This document shows, in pieces, positions 1 through 10,047 of a stretch of 64,000 nt of DNA. Every line of letters starts with the position of its first letter. The stretch's first letter is position 1. The stretch is from Fidelibacterota bacterium SCGC AAA160-B08. Lineage in GTDB: Bacteria; Fidelibacterota; Marinisomatia; Marinisomatales; Marinisomataceae. Where the stretch lies: the NCBI GenBank assembly GCA_000402755.1, contig AQSD01000001.1, positions 9,402-73,401 on the forward strand, read 5' to 3'. A program made the position numbers and the translations under genes. Below the pieces are notes generated by a model. The model had not been told where the DNA came from and did not search any database. It saw only the letters and a list, made by a program, of their open reading frames with translations.

Positions 1-512
1 TGCTTAAGATGATATCCAAGTAACGCAATAGCAACTATATAGAAAACTGAAAAAAACGGGTTTGCAAATCCTACTTCACTCCCCAAAACAACATCATAAT
101 ATGTTATTCCTTGCTGCATATCAAAATTAAATTTGTACCAAAAAGTAGCCCAGTGTGTTACTAAAAAAATAAAAATAAAGCTCCCTGTAAATGCTGCATA
201 TCGCGCAGCAGATGAAGTATTTTCCTTGCTATATGAATCTACATTTTTTTTTGCCTTTCTATTTTTCCACCATAACAATATTCCGCTGTATGCATGGCTC
301 AAAACAAAGGTTAATAAAAAAAATTCTGCAATTCTTATCAAGAAACCTAGCTTATGAAGCTTTTGAACATATCCATTAAACGCTGCTTCGCCCACAAAAA
401 GAAACAGATTCCCGAATAGGTGGAATGCCATAAAGAAAGATAGCAATAATCCGGTTATTGCCATTAGAATTTTTCTTCCAATTGAAGATGTTAATATTTG
501 AAATATGGACAT
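1..512 (-). CDS. sdhC: Succinate dehydrogenase/fumarate reductase cytochrome b subunit, b558 family (partial; 3' end runs off the window)
   Basis: Hand translation of the minus strand from ATG at 512 gives MSIFQILTSSIGRKILMAITGLLLSFFMAFHLFGNLFLFVG..., the typical N-terminus (SSIGrK..MA.TG...HL.GNL) of Bacillus/Bacteroidetes-type b558 subunits. The frame stays open to position 1. Not in the ORF track because it is open-ended. Confidence 0.75.
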   Translation of the reverse strand, partial: MSIFQILTSSIGRKILMAITGLLLSFFMAFHLFGNLFLFVGEAAFNGYVQKLHKLGFLIRIAEFFLLTFVLSHAYSGILLWWKNRKAKKNVDSYSKENTSSAARYAAFTGSFIFIFLVTHWATFWYKFNFDMQQGITYYDVVLGSEVGFANPFFSVFYIVAIALLGYHLK

Positions 513-575
513 AAGTTTACCTAGTAGTAAAGCCAATTTTATAACCCGTTGGGATAAAGGTAAAGACAAAAAAAT

Positions 576-1961
576 ATGAACAAAGAATTCAAGGTTTCTG
601 GTGGGCACAAAAATACCGTTGAGTCTGCCTATAATATATTAAAGTTGGGGGGTAATGCTTTTGATGCCGCTATAGCGGGCGTTTTTTCTTCTATGTCTGC
701 TGAATACCTATATACTGGGGCTGCCAGCGGCGGAGCAATGCTGGTAAAAAAAGATGGATTTTCTCCTCTAGTAGTCGATTTTTTTGTTGAAACTCCAGCG
801 ATTGATCCTAAAAAAGTGGCTGATTTTAAAACAATTCAAGCAGATTTTGGTGACACAAAACAAGAATTTAATATTGGGATGGGCTCTGTTGGTATTCCGG
901 GCACCCTTCCAGGACTAATTGATATACATAAAAATTATGGCTCCCTACCTTTTGCTGTATTAGTTGAGCAGGCAGTAGATTTAGCAAAAAACGGATGTTT
1001 AATCTCTAAAAATCAAGAATATTTATCGAGTGTTTTATATCCCGTAATATCAAACTCTGAAACGTTAAAATCTCTTTTTATAAAAAATGGTGTCCTTAAA
1101 AAATCGGGGGACCTATTTATAAATAAAGATTTTAGTTCATTTCTAGAACAATTTATTTATGAAGATCCTGAAGAATTCTACAAACATGAGGTATGTCCTT
1201 TGCTTTATAATACAATCAAAGGTGGTGGTATTGTTAGTTTAAAAAACTTACAAGAATACACACCGGAAACAAGAGCTCCCCTCACAACACAATATCACAA
1301 TCATACTATTTTTATGAACCCCCATCCCTCTACTGGTGGTGCGCTAGTTGCTGAAGGCTTAAAAGAGCTGAATAAATTAACCGCTGTTTCTAAACAAGAC
1401 CTAGAAAGGGCTTTGTATAAAATGCGTATTATAAAAGAGAAGGATATGGTGGGCTCTACCACGCACTTAAGCGTAATGGATAAAAAAAATAATGTTGCCT
1501 CGGTCACAACAACAAATGGTGTTGGTGCGGGGTTTTTAATCCCAGGAACTGGAATAATGCCAAACAATATGTTGGGCGAAAAACACTTAAATATTCACGG
1601 TTTTCACAAATGGGAATCAAAACAAAGGATACCAAGTAATATTTGTCCAACATTAATGATGGATAATAATGACAAGCTAACTGTTTTGGGCTCTGCTGGA
1701 AGTAGTAGAATTATTTCAGCGCTTACCTCTGTAATAACAAATCTCATTAATGGAAAGATGACGCTAGAGGCGGCTATTTCTAGTCCAAGAATCCATCTTG
1801 AGGGCGAAATATTGCATTGTGAACCAACTATAAGCCCTACAAAATATCAAACGAAAGACTTAGTTCTTTGGGAAGAAAAAAGTATGTATTTTGGTGGAGT
1901 TAATGCTTGTAGTTTTTCAGAATCAATTGCTGACGAGCGTAGAGATGGCTTCTCAATTTAG
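576..1961 (+). CDS. ggt: Gamma-glutamyltransferase family protein (short form, no signal peptide)
   Basis: The 461-aa ORF has an autoprocessing-type threonine context (GSTTHLSVMDKKNNVASVTTTNG) and a GGT-like C-terminal half (GSAGSSRI). No N-terminal hydrophobic leader. Confidence 0.85.
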   Translation: MNKEFKVSGGHKNTVESAYNILKLGGNAFDAAIAGVFSSMSAEYLYTGAASGGAMLVKKDGFSPLVVDFFVETPAIDPKKVADFKTIQADFGDTKQEFNIGMGSVGIPGTLPGLIDIHKNYGSLPFAVLVEQAVDLAKNGCLISKNQEYLSSVLYPVISNSETLKSLFIKNGVLKKSGDLFINKDFSSFLEQFIYEDPEEFYKHEVCPLLYNTIKGGGIVSLKNLQEYTPETRAPLTTQYHNHTIFMNPHPSTGGALVAEGLKELNKLTAVSKQDLERALYKMRIIKEKDMVGSTTHLSVMDKKNNVASVTTTNGVGAGFLIPGTGIMPNNMLGEKHLNIHGFHKWESKQRIPSNICPTLMMDNNDKLTVLGSAGSSRIISALTSVITNLINGKMTLEAAISSPRIHLEGEILHCEPTISPTKYQTKDLVLWEEKSMYFGGVNACSFSESIADERRDGFSI

Positions 1962-2279
1962 TGATTTACGCTTTTGTATAAAAAGCCAAAAAGATCCTAA
2001 AACTAGCCCAAAACCCTCTCTTTGATATTCCCATAAATTAATCATTTTTGTATCTGTTTGATTGTAAAGAGAGATGTCTATCGCTTCAAAAAATATCAAG
2101 CCTCCTAAAATAAAAATAACTGTGGCTACTTTTTTTTGAATATTTAATGAAAGTATGTTTTCAGATAAAATTGGCATTGTTGCTATAGTAAAATAAATAG
2201 GGACCCAAATAAACCAGTCGGGGTCGTTAATATTAAGTACTCCAAAAATCAAAAATATGATAGTCCCCAGCCAGATCAT
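1953..2279 (-). CDS. Small hypothetical membrane protein
   Basis: The ORF has 3-4 hydrophobic segments. I moved the start to the internal ATG at 2279 (MIWLGT...), which avoids a 67-nt overlap with the upstream gene. No family recognised. Confidence 0.5.
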   Translation of the reverse strand: MIWLGTIIFLIFGVLNINDPDWFIWVPIYFTIATMPILSENILSLNIQKKVATVIFILGGLIFFEAIDISLYNQTDTKMINLWEYQREGFGLVLGSFWLFIQKRKSLN

Positions 2280-2281
2280 AT

Positions 2282-2986
2282 TTAGTGGGATAGCCAATAA
2301 AATAAACTTGACATATCTTTGCTTTGAGGTACTATCTCTGGATGCCACTGTACTCCAATAAAATTATTTTTATCCTTTAGTTCTATAGCCTCAATTATAT
2401 TGTCGCTCGATTTGGCCGTTACAATAACTTGTTTGCCTAAGTTTTTAATAGATTGATGATGACTACTTTTCACGCTGATTGTTTCTTTTTTAATAAGATT
2501 AAAAAGTAATGAGTCTTCGCTAGTAATCGTAACGGAGTGTGCGCTCGCCTCTCCATTAAAAACTCCATGATCAATATGATTTTTTACTAGAGTGGGGATG
2601 TCCTCTATAAGGCTGCCTCCATAAATAATATTAACATGTTGCACTCCAGCGCAAATTGCGAGAATTTTTTTGTTTTGTTTCATCGTCTCTAAAAAAATAG
2701 CTCTATCAAAATTTTCTCTCTCTTCGGACATTATGTCTTGATCTAATAAGTTGGGATTTTTTGATTTATATGTATGTGCCGGTATATCTGGACCGCCCAC
2801 CATTAGTAGTGCATCTAGGTTGGAGACTAAGGATGTTATGTTGTCTTTATTTGTAGTGTGGCTGAGCGTTACTGGACAACCCCCAGAAGACCAAACTGCT
2901 TTATAATAGGCCTCTTTTGTGGCATTCCAAGCCCTACCCTTTATGCGTATATCATAAGGATTAATTCCAATTATAGCTTTTTTCAA
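2282..2986 (-). CDS. Class I glutamine amidotransferase, peptidase C26 / gamma-glutamyl-GABA hydrolase-like
   Basis: Nucleophile-elbow motif ILAICAGVQHVN and the C-terminal His/Glu motif GVQWHPE are typical of PuuD/C26 gamma-glutamyl hydrolases. Confidence 0.8.
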   Translation of the reverse strand: MKKAIIGINPYDIRIKGRAWNATKEAYYKAVWSSGGCPVTLSHTTNKDNITSLVSNLDALLMVGGPDIPAHTYKSKNPNLLDQDIMSEERENFDRAIFLETMKQNKKILAICAGVQHVNIIYGGSLIEDIPTLVKNHIDHGVFNGEASAHSVTITSEDSLLFNLIKKETISVKSSHHQSIKNLGKQVIVTAKSSDNIIEAIELKDKNNFIGVQWHPEIVPQSKDMSSLFYWLSH

Positions 2987-2997
2987 AACCTGCCTAA

Positions 2998-4152
2998 TTA
3001 AAATTTATATTCGTTAAGTTTTTTTACTTTTTTTCTGAGCTCTTGTAAGCTTCCTTGGTAGGTTTTTTTATTATATCTTACTGTCCAAGTTCCAGAGGGG
3101 TTTCCGTCTGTAAAAGGTCCTGTTATAGTTGGATTTTCCTGAGGAGCAACATAGTTCCATTCACCATTTTTTTGATTATTTTTATATGGCCCTTTTCCAT
3201 AAAAGCGTGATCCAAAATCAATGTCTGGTCCCTCTATCCATTCTCCCATTTTTATGTCTTCGCTATATGGACCAGATGCAATTTTTCTTGATTTGATAAT
3301 GTTCGACTCAATAATACTGTCGTCTTCTTTTTTGTAGTGGTCCCAAGTCCCTTCTTTTTTACCAAACTGATATGATCCCGCTTGCTTAAGAGCTAAAGAG
3401 CCTTCTTCTGCGGTAAAATATTCTTTCCAGTCGCCCGTTTTTACGCCTTCAACATAAGAACCTTGTCCTCTGTTCGTTGAGTGTGGAGAAAGATTATAAA
3501 ATTTGCCACTTAAAAGACCTCTGGTATAGTTTTCTTCCCAACCGGTATCTTTGCCTTTTTCATACCAGATCCATTTATCAATTTTTTTACCATCAACATA
3601 AGCGCCTTCGCTCACAATAACTCCTTGTGCATCCCAGCTTTTCCATAAGTCTGACTTTTGCCAATTCTCATAATTCCCAGCCTTGATTAACGCTCTTGTG
3701 TTTGGGTCTCTTTCCTTCCATCTACCAGATCCGTTTTCAAACGTAATTTCTCCTCTAGTAATCAGTCTGCCTTCACTGTCTTTGCTCCAAGTTGTCCACG
3801 TACCAACAATCTTTCCGTCTTCATACTTGATATATTCTAATCTTTTATTTTTTTCTCTTGGTCCTGGAAATAAGTAGGTGACCTGTTCTCCCTCTGGTAC
3901 ACCTTTAATATATTTGGCCTTTCTTTGGGTCCCCTTTTTTTGGTTTACCTCAAACCAGTCTCCATCTTTTAGCCCCTTTTTATATACACCTACGAGCTCG
4001 CCATATTTATCTAATACATCTCCTGAAAAAATGCTGTCTGACTCCTTGCTATAAGCCAATCCATCTTCCTTGACAATAATTTGATCTTCATATATTTCAC
4101 CAGAACAAGACATCATAAGCGCTGTTATAAATATTATAAATGTTTTTTTCAT
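2998..4152 (-). CDS. MORN-variant (YwqK-like) repeat lipoprotein
   Basis: Lipobox signal peptide MKKTFIIFITALMMSCSG. It is followed by many G.W..Y...G......G.Y..G.K.G.W type repeats (for example KTGDWKEY, KEGTWDHY, KNGEWNYV, PSGTWTV). Confidence 0.65.
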   Translation of the reverse strand: MKKTFIIFITALMMSCSGEIYEDQIIVKEDGLAYSKESDSIFSGDVLDKYGELVGVYKKGLKDGDWFEVNQKKGTQRKAKYIKGVPEGEQVTYLFPGPREKNKRLEYIKYEDGKIVGTWTTWSKDSEGRLITRGEITFENGSGRWKERDPNTRALIKAGNYENWQKSDLWKSWDAQGVIVSEGAYVDGKKIDKWIWYEKGKDTGWEENYTRGLLSGKFYNLSPHSTNRGQGSYVEGVKTGDWKEYFTAEEGSLALKQAGSYQFGKKEGTWDHYKKEDDSIIESNIIKSRKIASGPYSEDIKMGEWIEGPDIDFGSRFYGKGPYKNNQKNGEWNYVAPQENPTITGPFTDGNPSGTWTVRYNKKTYQGSLQELRKKVKKLNEYKF

Positions 4153-4226
4153 AGCCTCTCCTTAACTTCAGTTTACTTAAATTTGATTTTGTCTTAAAAT
4201 TTTTGAACAGCATTAATGTATTCATT

Positions 4227-6923
4227 ATGAACTATAAACAAAAAATATATTTTTTTTCACAAACAAAAACTGATGGAGACCAGTCTATGTCAGCAATTTT
4301 GGGTGGTAAGGGTGCAAATATTGCTGAAATGTGTAAGCTTGGTCTTCCCGTTCCTCCCGGATTTACACTAGCTACAAGACTGTGTAATGATTTTTTTAAA
4401 AATAAAAAACTTTCAATCACTCTTAAAAAGAATGTCAAAAAATATATAAAAAAAACTGAAAAAAGCGCTGGAAGTTCTTTTGGAGGAGAAAATCCTCTTC
4501 TACTGTCAGTCAGGTCTGGTGCTCCCGTATCTATGCCCGGAATGATGGAAACTATTTTAAATATTGGGCTAACCTCTGAAACAATACCCCACCTTATTAG
4601 AAGGTCTGGTAGTGAGCGATTTGTATATGACAGCTATCGAAGGTTAATTATGATGTATTCAGATGTAGTTATGGAAAAATCGCTTCGTCTAAATAAAAGT
4701 AAGACGCCTATTAGGGTTAAAATGGAAAAGCTTTTATCTGGTATGAAAAAAAAATATAAACATAAAAATGATGCTGCTGTTTCTGCCAAACATTGGCAGG
4801 AACTAATCTCCGCATATCTAACCTTGGTAGAAAAAGATTTTGGAGTGGTCTTTCCAGACGATCCATATGATCAGCTGTTTGGCGCGATAGAAGCAGTGTT
4901 TTCCAGCTGGCATGGCAAAAGAGCAAAAGAATATAGGGCCTTTGAAAATATTCCAACCTCAATGGGAACCGCTGTGAGCATTCAAACTATGGTATTTGGA
5001 AATCTTGGAAAAAATTGTGGTACGGGGGTGGCTTTTACAAGAAACCCTTCTACTGGAGAAAATAAATTTTATGGTGAATGGCTACAAAATGCACAGGGAG
5101 AAGATGTTGTTGCTGGTATTCGTACACCACATCCTATACTATCTGATTCGGGGTCAAAAAACTCTCTTGAAACAACGATGCCTAAGGCGTATGCGCAGCT
5201 TGAGCGTGTCAGAAGAAGGCTAGAAAAACATTTTGATGAGATGCAAGATATTGAATTTACTATTCAAGATCATAAGCTGTGGATGTTACAAACTCGCACT
5301 GGAAAGCGAACGGGTATTGCTGCAATTAAAATTGCTACTGATATGGTTCACGAGAAGCTTATTAGCAAAAAAACAGCCCTTTCTCGTGTTGAACCAAACC
5401 AAATTTATGAAAGTCTTTTAAAAAATATAGAGCCTAACTCGCTAGTAGGGAAAAGCCCTATTGGAAGTGGCCTGCCTGCAGGCCCGGGAGCCTCCTCTGG
5501 TGAAGCTGTTTTTACTGCAGAAAAAGCAGAGTTTTTGGGCAAAAAGGGGAAAAAAGTTATTCTTATTAGGGAAGAAACTTCCCCAGAAGATATTCATGGG
5601 ATGCACTATTCTGAAGGTATTATAACTGCTCGCGGCGGACTAACTAGTCATGCGGCGCTAGTTGCTAGGGGTTGGGGTAAAAGCTGTATTGTCGGCTGTC
5701 AAACTCTAACCATTAACAACAACCATCTTTCTTGTTCTTTGGGTGATACTAAAATAAAAGAGGGCGACTGGATTACTTTAAACGGCTCTACTGGAGAAAT
5801 TTTTTATGGGAATTTGGCTTTATTTCAAAACCCTATTAATAGTTCTGGCCCACTAACAGAGTTGCTATCTTGGGCAGATCAAGTTCGAAAGCTAAAGATT
5901 AGAACAAACGCAGACACACCAGAAGATTGTGAAAAAGCGCTTAGTTTTGGTGCAGAAGGCATTGGTTTGTGTCGTACGGAACATATGTTTTTTGAAGAAG
6001 CGAGGGTTCACGAATTTAGAAAAATGATTCTTTCGTCAAATAAAAAATCAAGAGCCAAACACCTTAAAAAGCTTCTACCTTTTCAAACCAAAGATTTTTA
6101 TAGTATTTTAAAAGTGATGCAGGGTAAGCCAGTAACTGTGCGATTACTGGATCCTCCCCTCCATGAGTTTATTAATATTGGTGCAAAAGAGTTGGAGCAT
6201 CTTGCTTTAGATTTAAAAAAAAGTAAGGCGTCTATTTTGGCGAAAATAGATTTTTTAAAAGAGTCTAATCCCATGCTTGGACACCGTGGTTGTCGTCTAG
6301 GTATATCATATCCAGAAATTACAGGTATGCAAGCAGAGGCCTTATTGGGTGCGGCGTTTAAGCTAAAAGAAGAGGGGGAAAATAATAAAAATTGGACGTG
6401 TCCTGAACTAGAAATTATGATTCCACTAGTATCTCATATAAATGAATTTGTTAATCAAAAAAAGATTGTTTTAGCTGTTTATGATAGTCTTTCTAAAAAA
6501 TATGGGTTCTCATTAAAATATAAAATTGGCACCATGATTGAAGTACCTCGAGCATGTTTGGCTGCAGAAGAAATTGCAAAAGAAGCTGATTTCTTTAGCT
6601 TTGGAACAAACGATCTTACACAAACTACGTTTGGGTTTAGTAGGGACGATACAAGCACCTTTTTTGAATCATATTTTCAAAAAAATATTCTTCCAGTAGA
6701 CCCTTTTGAACAAATTGACCAACGGGGCGTTGGGGAGTTAATGAAAATTGCGGTTCATGGGGGAAGAAAAATAAAAAGACGCCTTTCGATTGGAATTTGT
6801 GGTGAACATGGAGGCGAGCCAAATAGTATTAAGTTCTGTCGTGATATAGGACTAAATTATGTCAGCTGTTCTCCTTTTAGAGTTCCTATTGCTAGGCTGG
6901 CGGCGGCACAAATAGAGTTATGA
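4227..6923 (+). CDS. ppdK: Pyruvate, phosphate dikinase
   Basis: Full-length match to PPDK hallmarks: ILGGKGANIAEM N-terminus, phosphohistidine region GGLTSHAALVARGWGK, and PEP-utilizing C-terminal domain GICGEHGGEP. Start moved from TTG 4203 to ATG 4227 (MNYKQKIYFF). Confidence 0.95.
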   Translation: MNYKQKIYFFSQTKTDGDQSMSAILGGKGANIAEMCKLGLPVPPGFTLATRLCNDFFKNKKLSITLKKNVKKYIKKTEKSAGSSFGGENPLLLSVRSGAPVSMPGMMETILNIGLTSETIPHLIRRSGSERFVYDSYRRLIMMYSDVVMEKSLRLNKSKTPIRVKMEKLLSGMKKKYKHKNDAAVSAKHWQELISAYLTLVEKDFGVVFPDDPYDQLFGAIEAVFSSWHGKRAKEYRAFENIPTSMGTAVSIQTMVFGNLGKNCGTGVAFTRNPSTGENKFYGEWLQNAQGEDVVAGIRTPHPILSDSGSKNSLETTMPKAYAQLERVRRRLEKHFDEMQDIEFTIQDHKLWMLQTRTGKRTGIAAIKIATDMVHEKLISKKTALSRVEPNQIYESLLKNIEPNSLVGKSPIGSGLPAGPGASSGEAVFTAEKAEFLGKKGKKVILIREETSPEDIHGMHYSEGIITARGGLTSHAALVARGWGKSCIVGCQTLTINNNHLSCSLGDTKIKEGDWITLNGSTGEIFYGNLALFQNPINSSGPLTELLSWADQVRKLKIRTNADTPEDCEKALSFGAEGIGLCRTEHMFFEEARVHEFRKMILSSNKKSRAKHLKKLLPFQTKDFYSILKVMQGKPVTVRLLDPPLHEFINIGAKELEHLALDLKKSKASILAKIDFLKESNPMLGHRGCRLGISYPEITGMQAEALLGAAFKLKEEGENNKNWTCPELEIMIPLVSHINEFVNQKKIVLAVYDSLSKKYGFSLKYKIGTMIEVPRACLAAEEIAKEADFFSFGTNDLTQTTFGFSRDDTSTFFESYFQKNILPVDPFEQIDQRGVGELMKIAVHGGRKIKRRLSIGICGEHGGEPNSIKFCRDIGLNYVSCSPFRVPIARLAAAQIEL

Positions 6924-8101
6924 TAGAAAAAAAATTAGATATTGTTGTATATGGTGCTACCGGATTTACTGGGAGCCTTTGTGTAAAATATTTAAAAGAA
7001 AACTATCCAAGTATTCAGATTGCTATTGGGGGAAGAAACCAAAAAAAACTTCAATCAGTTTTAGATAAATACTCTTTAGATTGTAAAATTTTTATAGCAG
7101 ATGGGGACGATTCAGCGGCGCTAGATAAAATAACGCGCGCAACAAAAGTTGTTCTTTCAACGGCCGGCCCCTTCCATCGATATGGATCAAAAATGGTTGC
7201 CTCTTGCGTAAAAAACAGTACCCACTATGTTGATATTACTGGTGAAAATTTTTGGGTAAGAGAAATGATTGTCAAACATCACGAAGAAGCTAAACAAAAA
7301 GGGCTTCGTATAATTCCTGCATGTGGCTATGATTCAATTCCGTCAGATTTGGGTGCATTTTTTGCAGCAAAATCTTTTGGAAGTCCTATAAAGTCAATTT
7401 TTGCTTATCATACATGGAAAGGTGAGGCCTCTGGGGGGACTATTGAAACAATGTTTGCAATTAGAGACTTAAAATTAGATAGATCGGCGTTTGGTGCTTT
7501 TGCGTTAAACCCAAAAAATTCTATTACAGAAACACAAAAAAAACTTACTAGTGATAAGGTGTCTGTTGAAAAAAATAAAACACTTAAGGCTTGGACGGGT
7601 CCTTTTGTTATGGCTATGGCTAACACTCGTGTAGTACGACGAGGAGCTGCTCTTTTAGCAGAGGAAAACAATGGTTATGGAAAAGATTTTGTCTATAAAG
7701 AAAGTGCCTACTACTCAAAAAAACGCAGTGCCTACATAACGACTTTTATGTTGTATATAATAATGGGGGTTGTTGTTACCCCGCTTAGAAAAATTGTACG
7801 ACCACTATTAAAACAGCCAGGACAGGGGCCAAGTCAAAAGGTTATGGATGGTGGCTTCTTTAAGTGCAAATTCCTTGTAACGGGAGAAGATGGTAGTGAA
7901 AAAATTTATAGCATGAAGGGTTCTGGCGATCCCGGCTATAAAGTTACTTCAAAATTTGTTTGTGAAAGTGCGCTGTCTCTTTTGGGAGATCAAAAAAACT
8001 TGCCGGGTGGATCGGACTATGGAGGTATTCTTACTTCTTCATCTGGGTTGGGTCATGTTTTAGTTGATAGGTTAAAAAATGTTGGTATTGTTTTTGAATA
8101 A
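6920..8101 (+). CDS. Saccharopine dehydrogenase-like NAD(P)-binding oxidoreductase
   Basis: N-terminal Rossmann motif [12 protein letters not shown]. Its length and layout match the saccharopine dehydrogenase/trans-acting enoyl reductase family. ATGA overlap with ppdK. Confidence 0.8.
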   Translation: MIEKKLDIVVYGATGFTGSLCVKYLKENYPSIQIAIGGRNQKKLQSVLDKYSLDCKIFIADGDDSAALDKITRATKVVLSTAGPFHRYGSKMVASCVKNSTHYVDITGENFWVREMIVKHHEEAKQKGLRIIPACGYDSIPSDLGAFFAAKSFGSPIKSIFAYHTWKGEASGGTIETMFAIRDLKLDRSAFGAFALNPKNSITETQKKLTSDKVSVEKNKTLKAWTGPFVMAMANTRVVRRGAALLAEENNGYGKDFVYKESAYYSKKRSAYITTFMLYIIMGVVVTPLRKIVRPLLKQPGQGPSQKVMDGGFFKCKFLVTGEDGSEKIYSMKGSGDPGYKVTSKFVCESALSLLGDQKNLPGGSDYGGILTSSSGLGHVLVDRLKNVGIVFE

Positions 8102-9719
8102 AAAGTTGATTAAAAAATATTTACTTTTTATTGCCATTTTAAGTTTTGGCACAATTCAAGCCCAGGAAAATTTTCAACATCAAGATCTTATAAGTTTTTT
8201 CAAAGAATGGAGAACCTTTGAGGCTCCACCCTTTTTAGATGGAGCACCAGACTATACTAAGAGTCGTTTTAACAAGGACTATAAAACCTTTAAATCTCTA
8301 CAAAGACGTTTAAATAAAATGGACATTACTGGTTGGTCAGATAGCCAACAAATAGATTGGCATATTGTTAGCGCCGAAATGAATGGGTATGATTTTAACT
8401 ATAGAGTTCTTAGGCCGTGGCAAAGAGACCCTGCGTTTTACCAAACTGTTTGGACCTATAAAAGCGATGTTCCGGCACATGAAGGACCCACAAACCATGC
8501 AGTTCTTGACTTGTGGACCTATAGCTTTCCCTTAACAGATAAAGAAGAAAACAGGCTCACAAAAGAGTTAAAAATTATTCCCCCTCTATTAAAACAGGCT
8601 AAAAAAAATCTAACTGGGAATGCGCGCGATCTTTGGATTGCCGGCACCAATAATTTTTATCAACAAAAAACTGTTTTGGAAAAGCTTTTGCCTAAGCTAT
8701 CTAAAACCAACGCCGAACTACAAGCGGCCTTAAGCAATGCAATAAAAGAAACTGCTTTATTTGTTGGTTGGTTAGAAAATAATGCGCAATACAAAGATGG
8801 GCCTTCTGGGGTTGGAAAAGATAACTATACTTGGTATCAAAAAAATGTTCACCTAGTTCCTATTGGTTGGGAAGAAGAGGTTGCGTTGCTTCAAAGAGAG
8901 TTAGATCGGGCGTGGTCTTCTCTGGTATTAGAAGAGAAGAAAAATGCCGGTCTTCCTCTTATGGTTGCAGCAAAAACACCTGAAGAATTTAATGCTATGG
9001 CCGAAAGAGGCGTTCAACGATTAATGCGCTTCTTAGAAGAAAAAGAGATTATGGATATCAAGCCAAATATGGAGCCAGCCTTGCGAGAACATATGGGGTC
9101 TTTTGTGCCAGAAAAAGATAGAAACTTTTTTACAATAGGGATGCACTATGATCCAGCTCCTTTATATTCACATTTTTATCATTGGTTTGATTTAGCACAA
9201 ATGAGAGACGAGCCACATGAGAGTCCTGTTCGTAGAGGTCCTTTGTTATATAATATTTTTGATTCAAAAAGTGAGGGTATTGCAACCGGAGTAGAAGAAA
9301 TGTTTATGCATGCCGGGCTATATGAAGACAGTCCTCGATCTAAAGAAATTATATGGATTATGATTGCACAAAGAGCTGCTAGGGGTTTGGGGTCTTTATA
9401 TGCGCATGCAAATATTATGAATATGGAAGAAGCTGGGGCGGTTCATGTAAAGTGGACTCCGCGCGGATGGATGAAGAGAGAGCCCCATTTATTAAAGTTT
9501 GAACAACACCTTTATTTAAGACAGCCCGGATATGGTACTTGCTATATAACTGGAAAATATCTTATTGAAAGACTAATGACTGAAAGCGCCCAACAACTAG
9601 AGGCTGAGGGAAAAGCTTTTGTATTGAAAGATTTTTTGAGGAAGTTTAATGATGCGGGAAACATTCCGGTGGAGCTAGTCCGATGGGAAATAACTGGAGA
9701 AAAAACTATAACCAAATAA
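8079..9719 (+). CDS. Secreted hypothetical protein (possibly DUF885-like, uncertain)
   Basis: 546 aa with signal peptide [15 protein letters not shown]. Size and helical, W/Y-rich composition resemble DUF885 proteins, but I could not find the family's conserved metal motif. Confidence 0.5.
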   Translation: MLVLFLNKKLIKKYLLFIAILSFGTIQAQENFQHQDLISFFKEWRTFEAPPFLDGAPDYTKSRFNKDYKTFKSLQRRLNKMDITGWSDSQQIDWHIVSAEMNGYDFNYRVLRPWQRDPAFYQTVWTYKSDVPAHEGPTNHAVLDLWTYSFPLTDKEENRLTKELKIIPPLLKQAKKNLTGNARDLWIAGTNNFYQQKTVLEKLLPKLSKTNAELQAALSNAIKETALFVGWLENNAQYKDGPSGVGKDNYTWYQKNVHLVPIGWEEEVALLQRELDRAWSSLVLEEKKNAGLPLMVAAKTPEEFNAMAERGVQRLMRFLEEKEIMDIKPNMEPALREHMGSFVPEKDRNFFTIGMHYDPAPLYSHFYHWFDLAQMRDEPHESPVRRGPLLYNIFDSKSEGIATGVEEMFMHAGLYEDSPRSKEIIWIMIAQRAARGLGSLYAHANIMNMEEAGAVHVKWTPRGWMKREPHLLKFEQHLYLRQPGYGTCYITGKYLIERLMTESAQQLEAEGKAFVLKDFLRKFNDAGNIPVELVRWEITGEKTITK

Positions 9720-10026
9720 TTGTAATACCCGGGTTTCTTCTATTAAAATCTTCGTCTTTGGTAGATAAAAAATCTGATCTCATATCTACTGCGTCTCTAT
9801 TAAACATGTCATAATCTTCGCCATTAATAACACCTCTAAACCTACCGGTTTGTTCTTTGGCCCACCTTCTTACCTCTTTGGCTACCTTGCCACTTCCCAG
9901 TCCATGTATAATTTTTACCGCTGTAATACGCGAGTCAGACTTGGCTGTGCTAATCGCTACCTCTAAATCAGAAATAGCGTTGCTGGAGCTTTGGCCGGCA
10001 TGTCCTATATCTATTTCTTTTAACAT
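9706..10026 (-). CDS. Stand-alone Smr domain protein
   Basis: 106 aa. The pattern EIDIGHAG...A...L......[22 protein letters not shown] fits the Smr layout (xDLHG...IIHGkGsG.L...V..wL). Confidence 0.65.
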   Translation of the reverse strand: MLKEIDIGHAGQSSSNAISDLEVAISTAKSDSRITAVKIIHGLGSGKVAKEVRRWAKEQTGRFRGVINGEDYDMFNRDAVDMRSDFLSTKDEDFNRRNPGITIIWL

Positions 10027-10047
10027 ATTCTTTTTATTTGTCTATAT

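Noticed and set aside
133-379. Two plus-strand ORFs (74 and 62 aa) at the left edge of the window.
   Set aside because: The opposite strand encodes a clear b558-type SdhC N-terminus that spans this region, so these are antisense artefacts.
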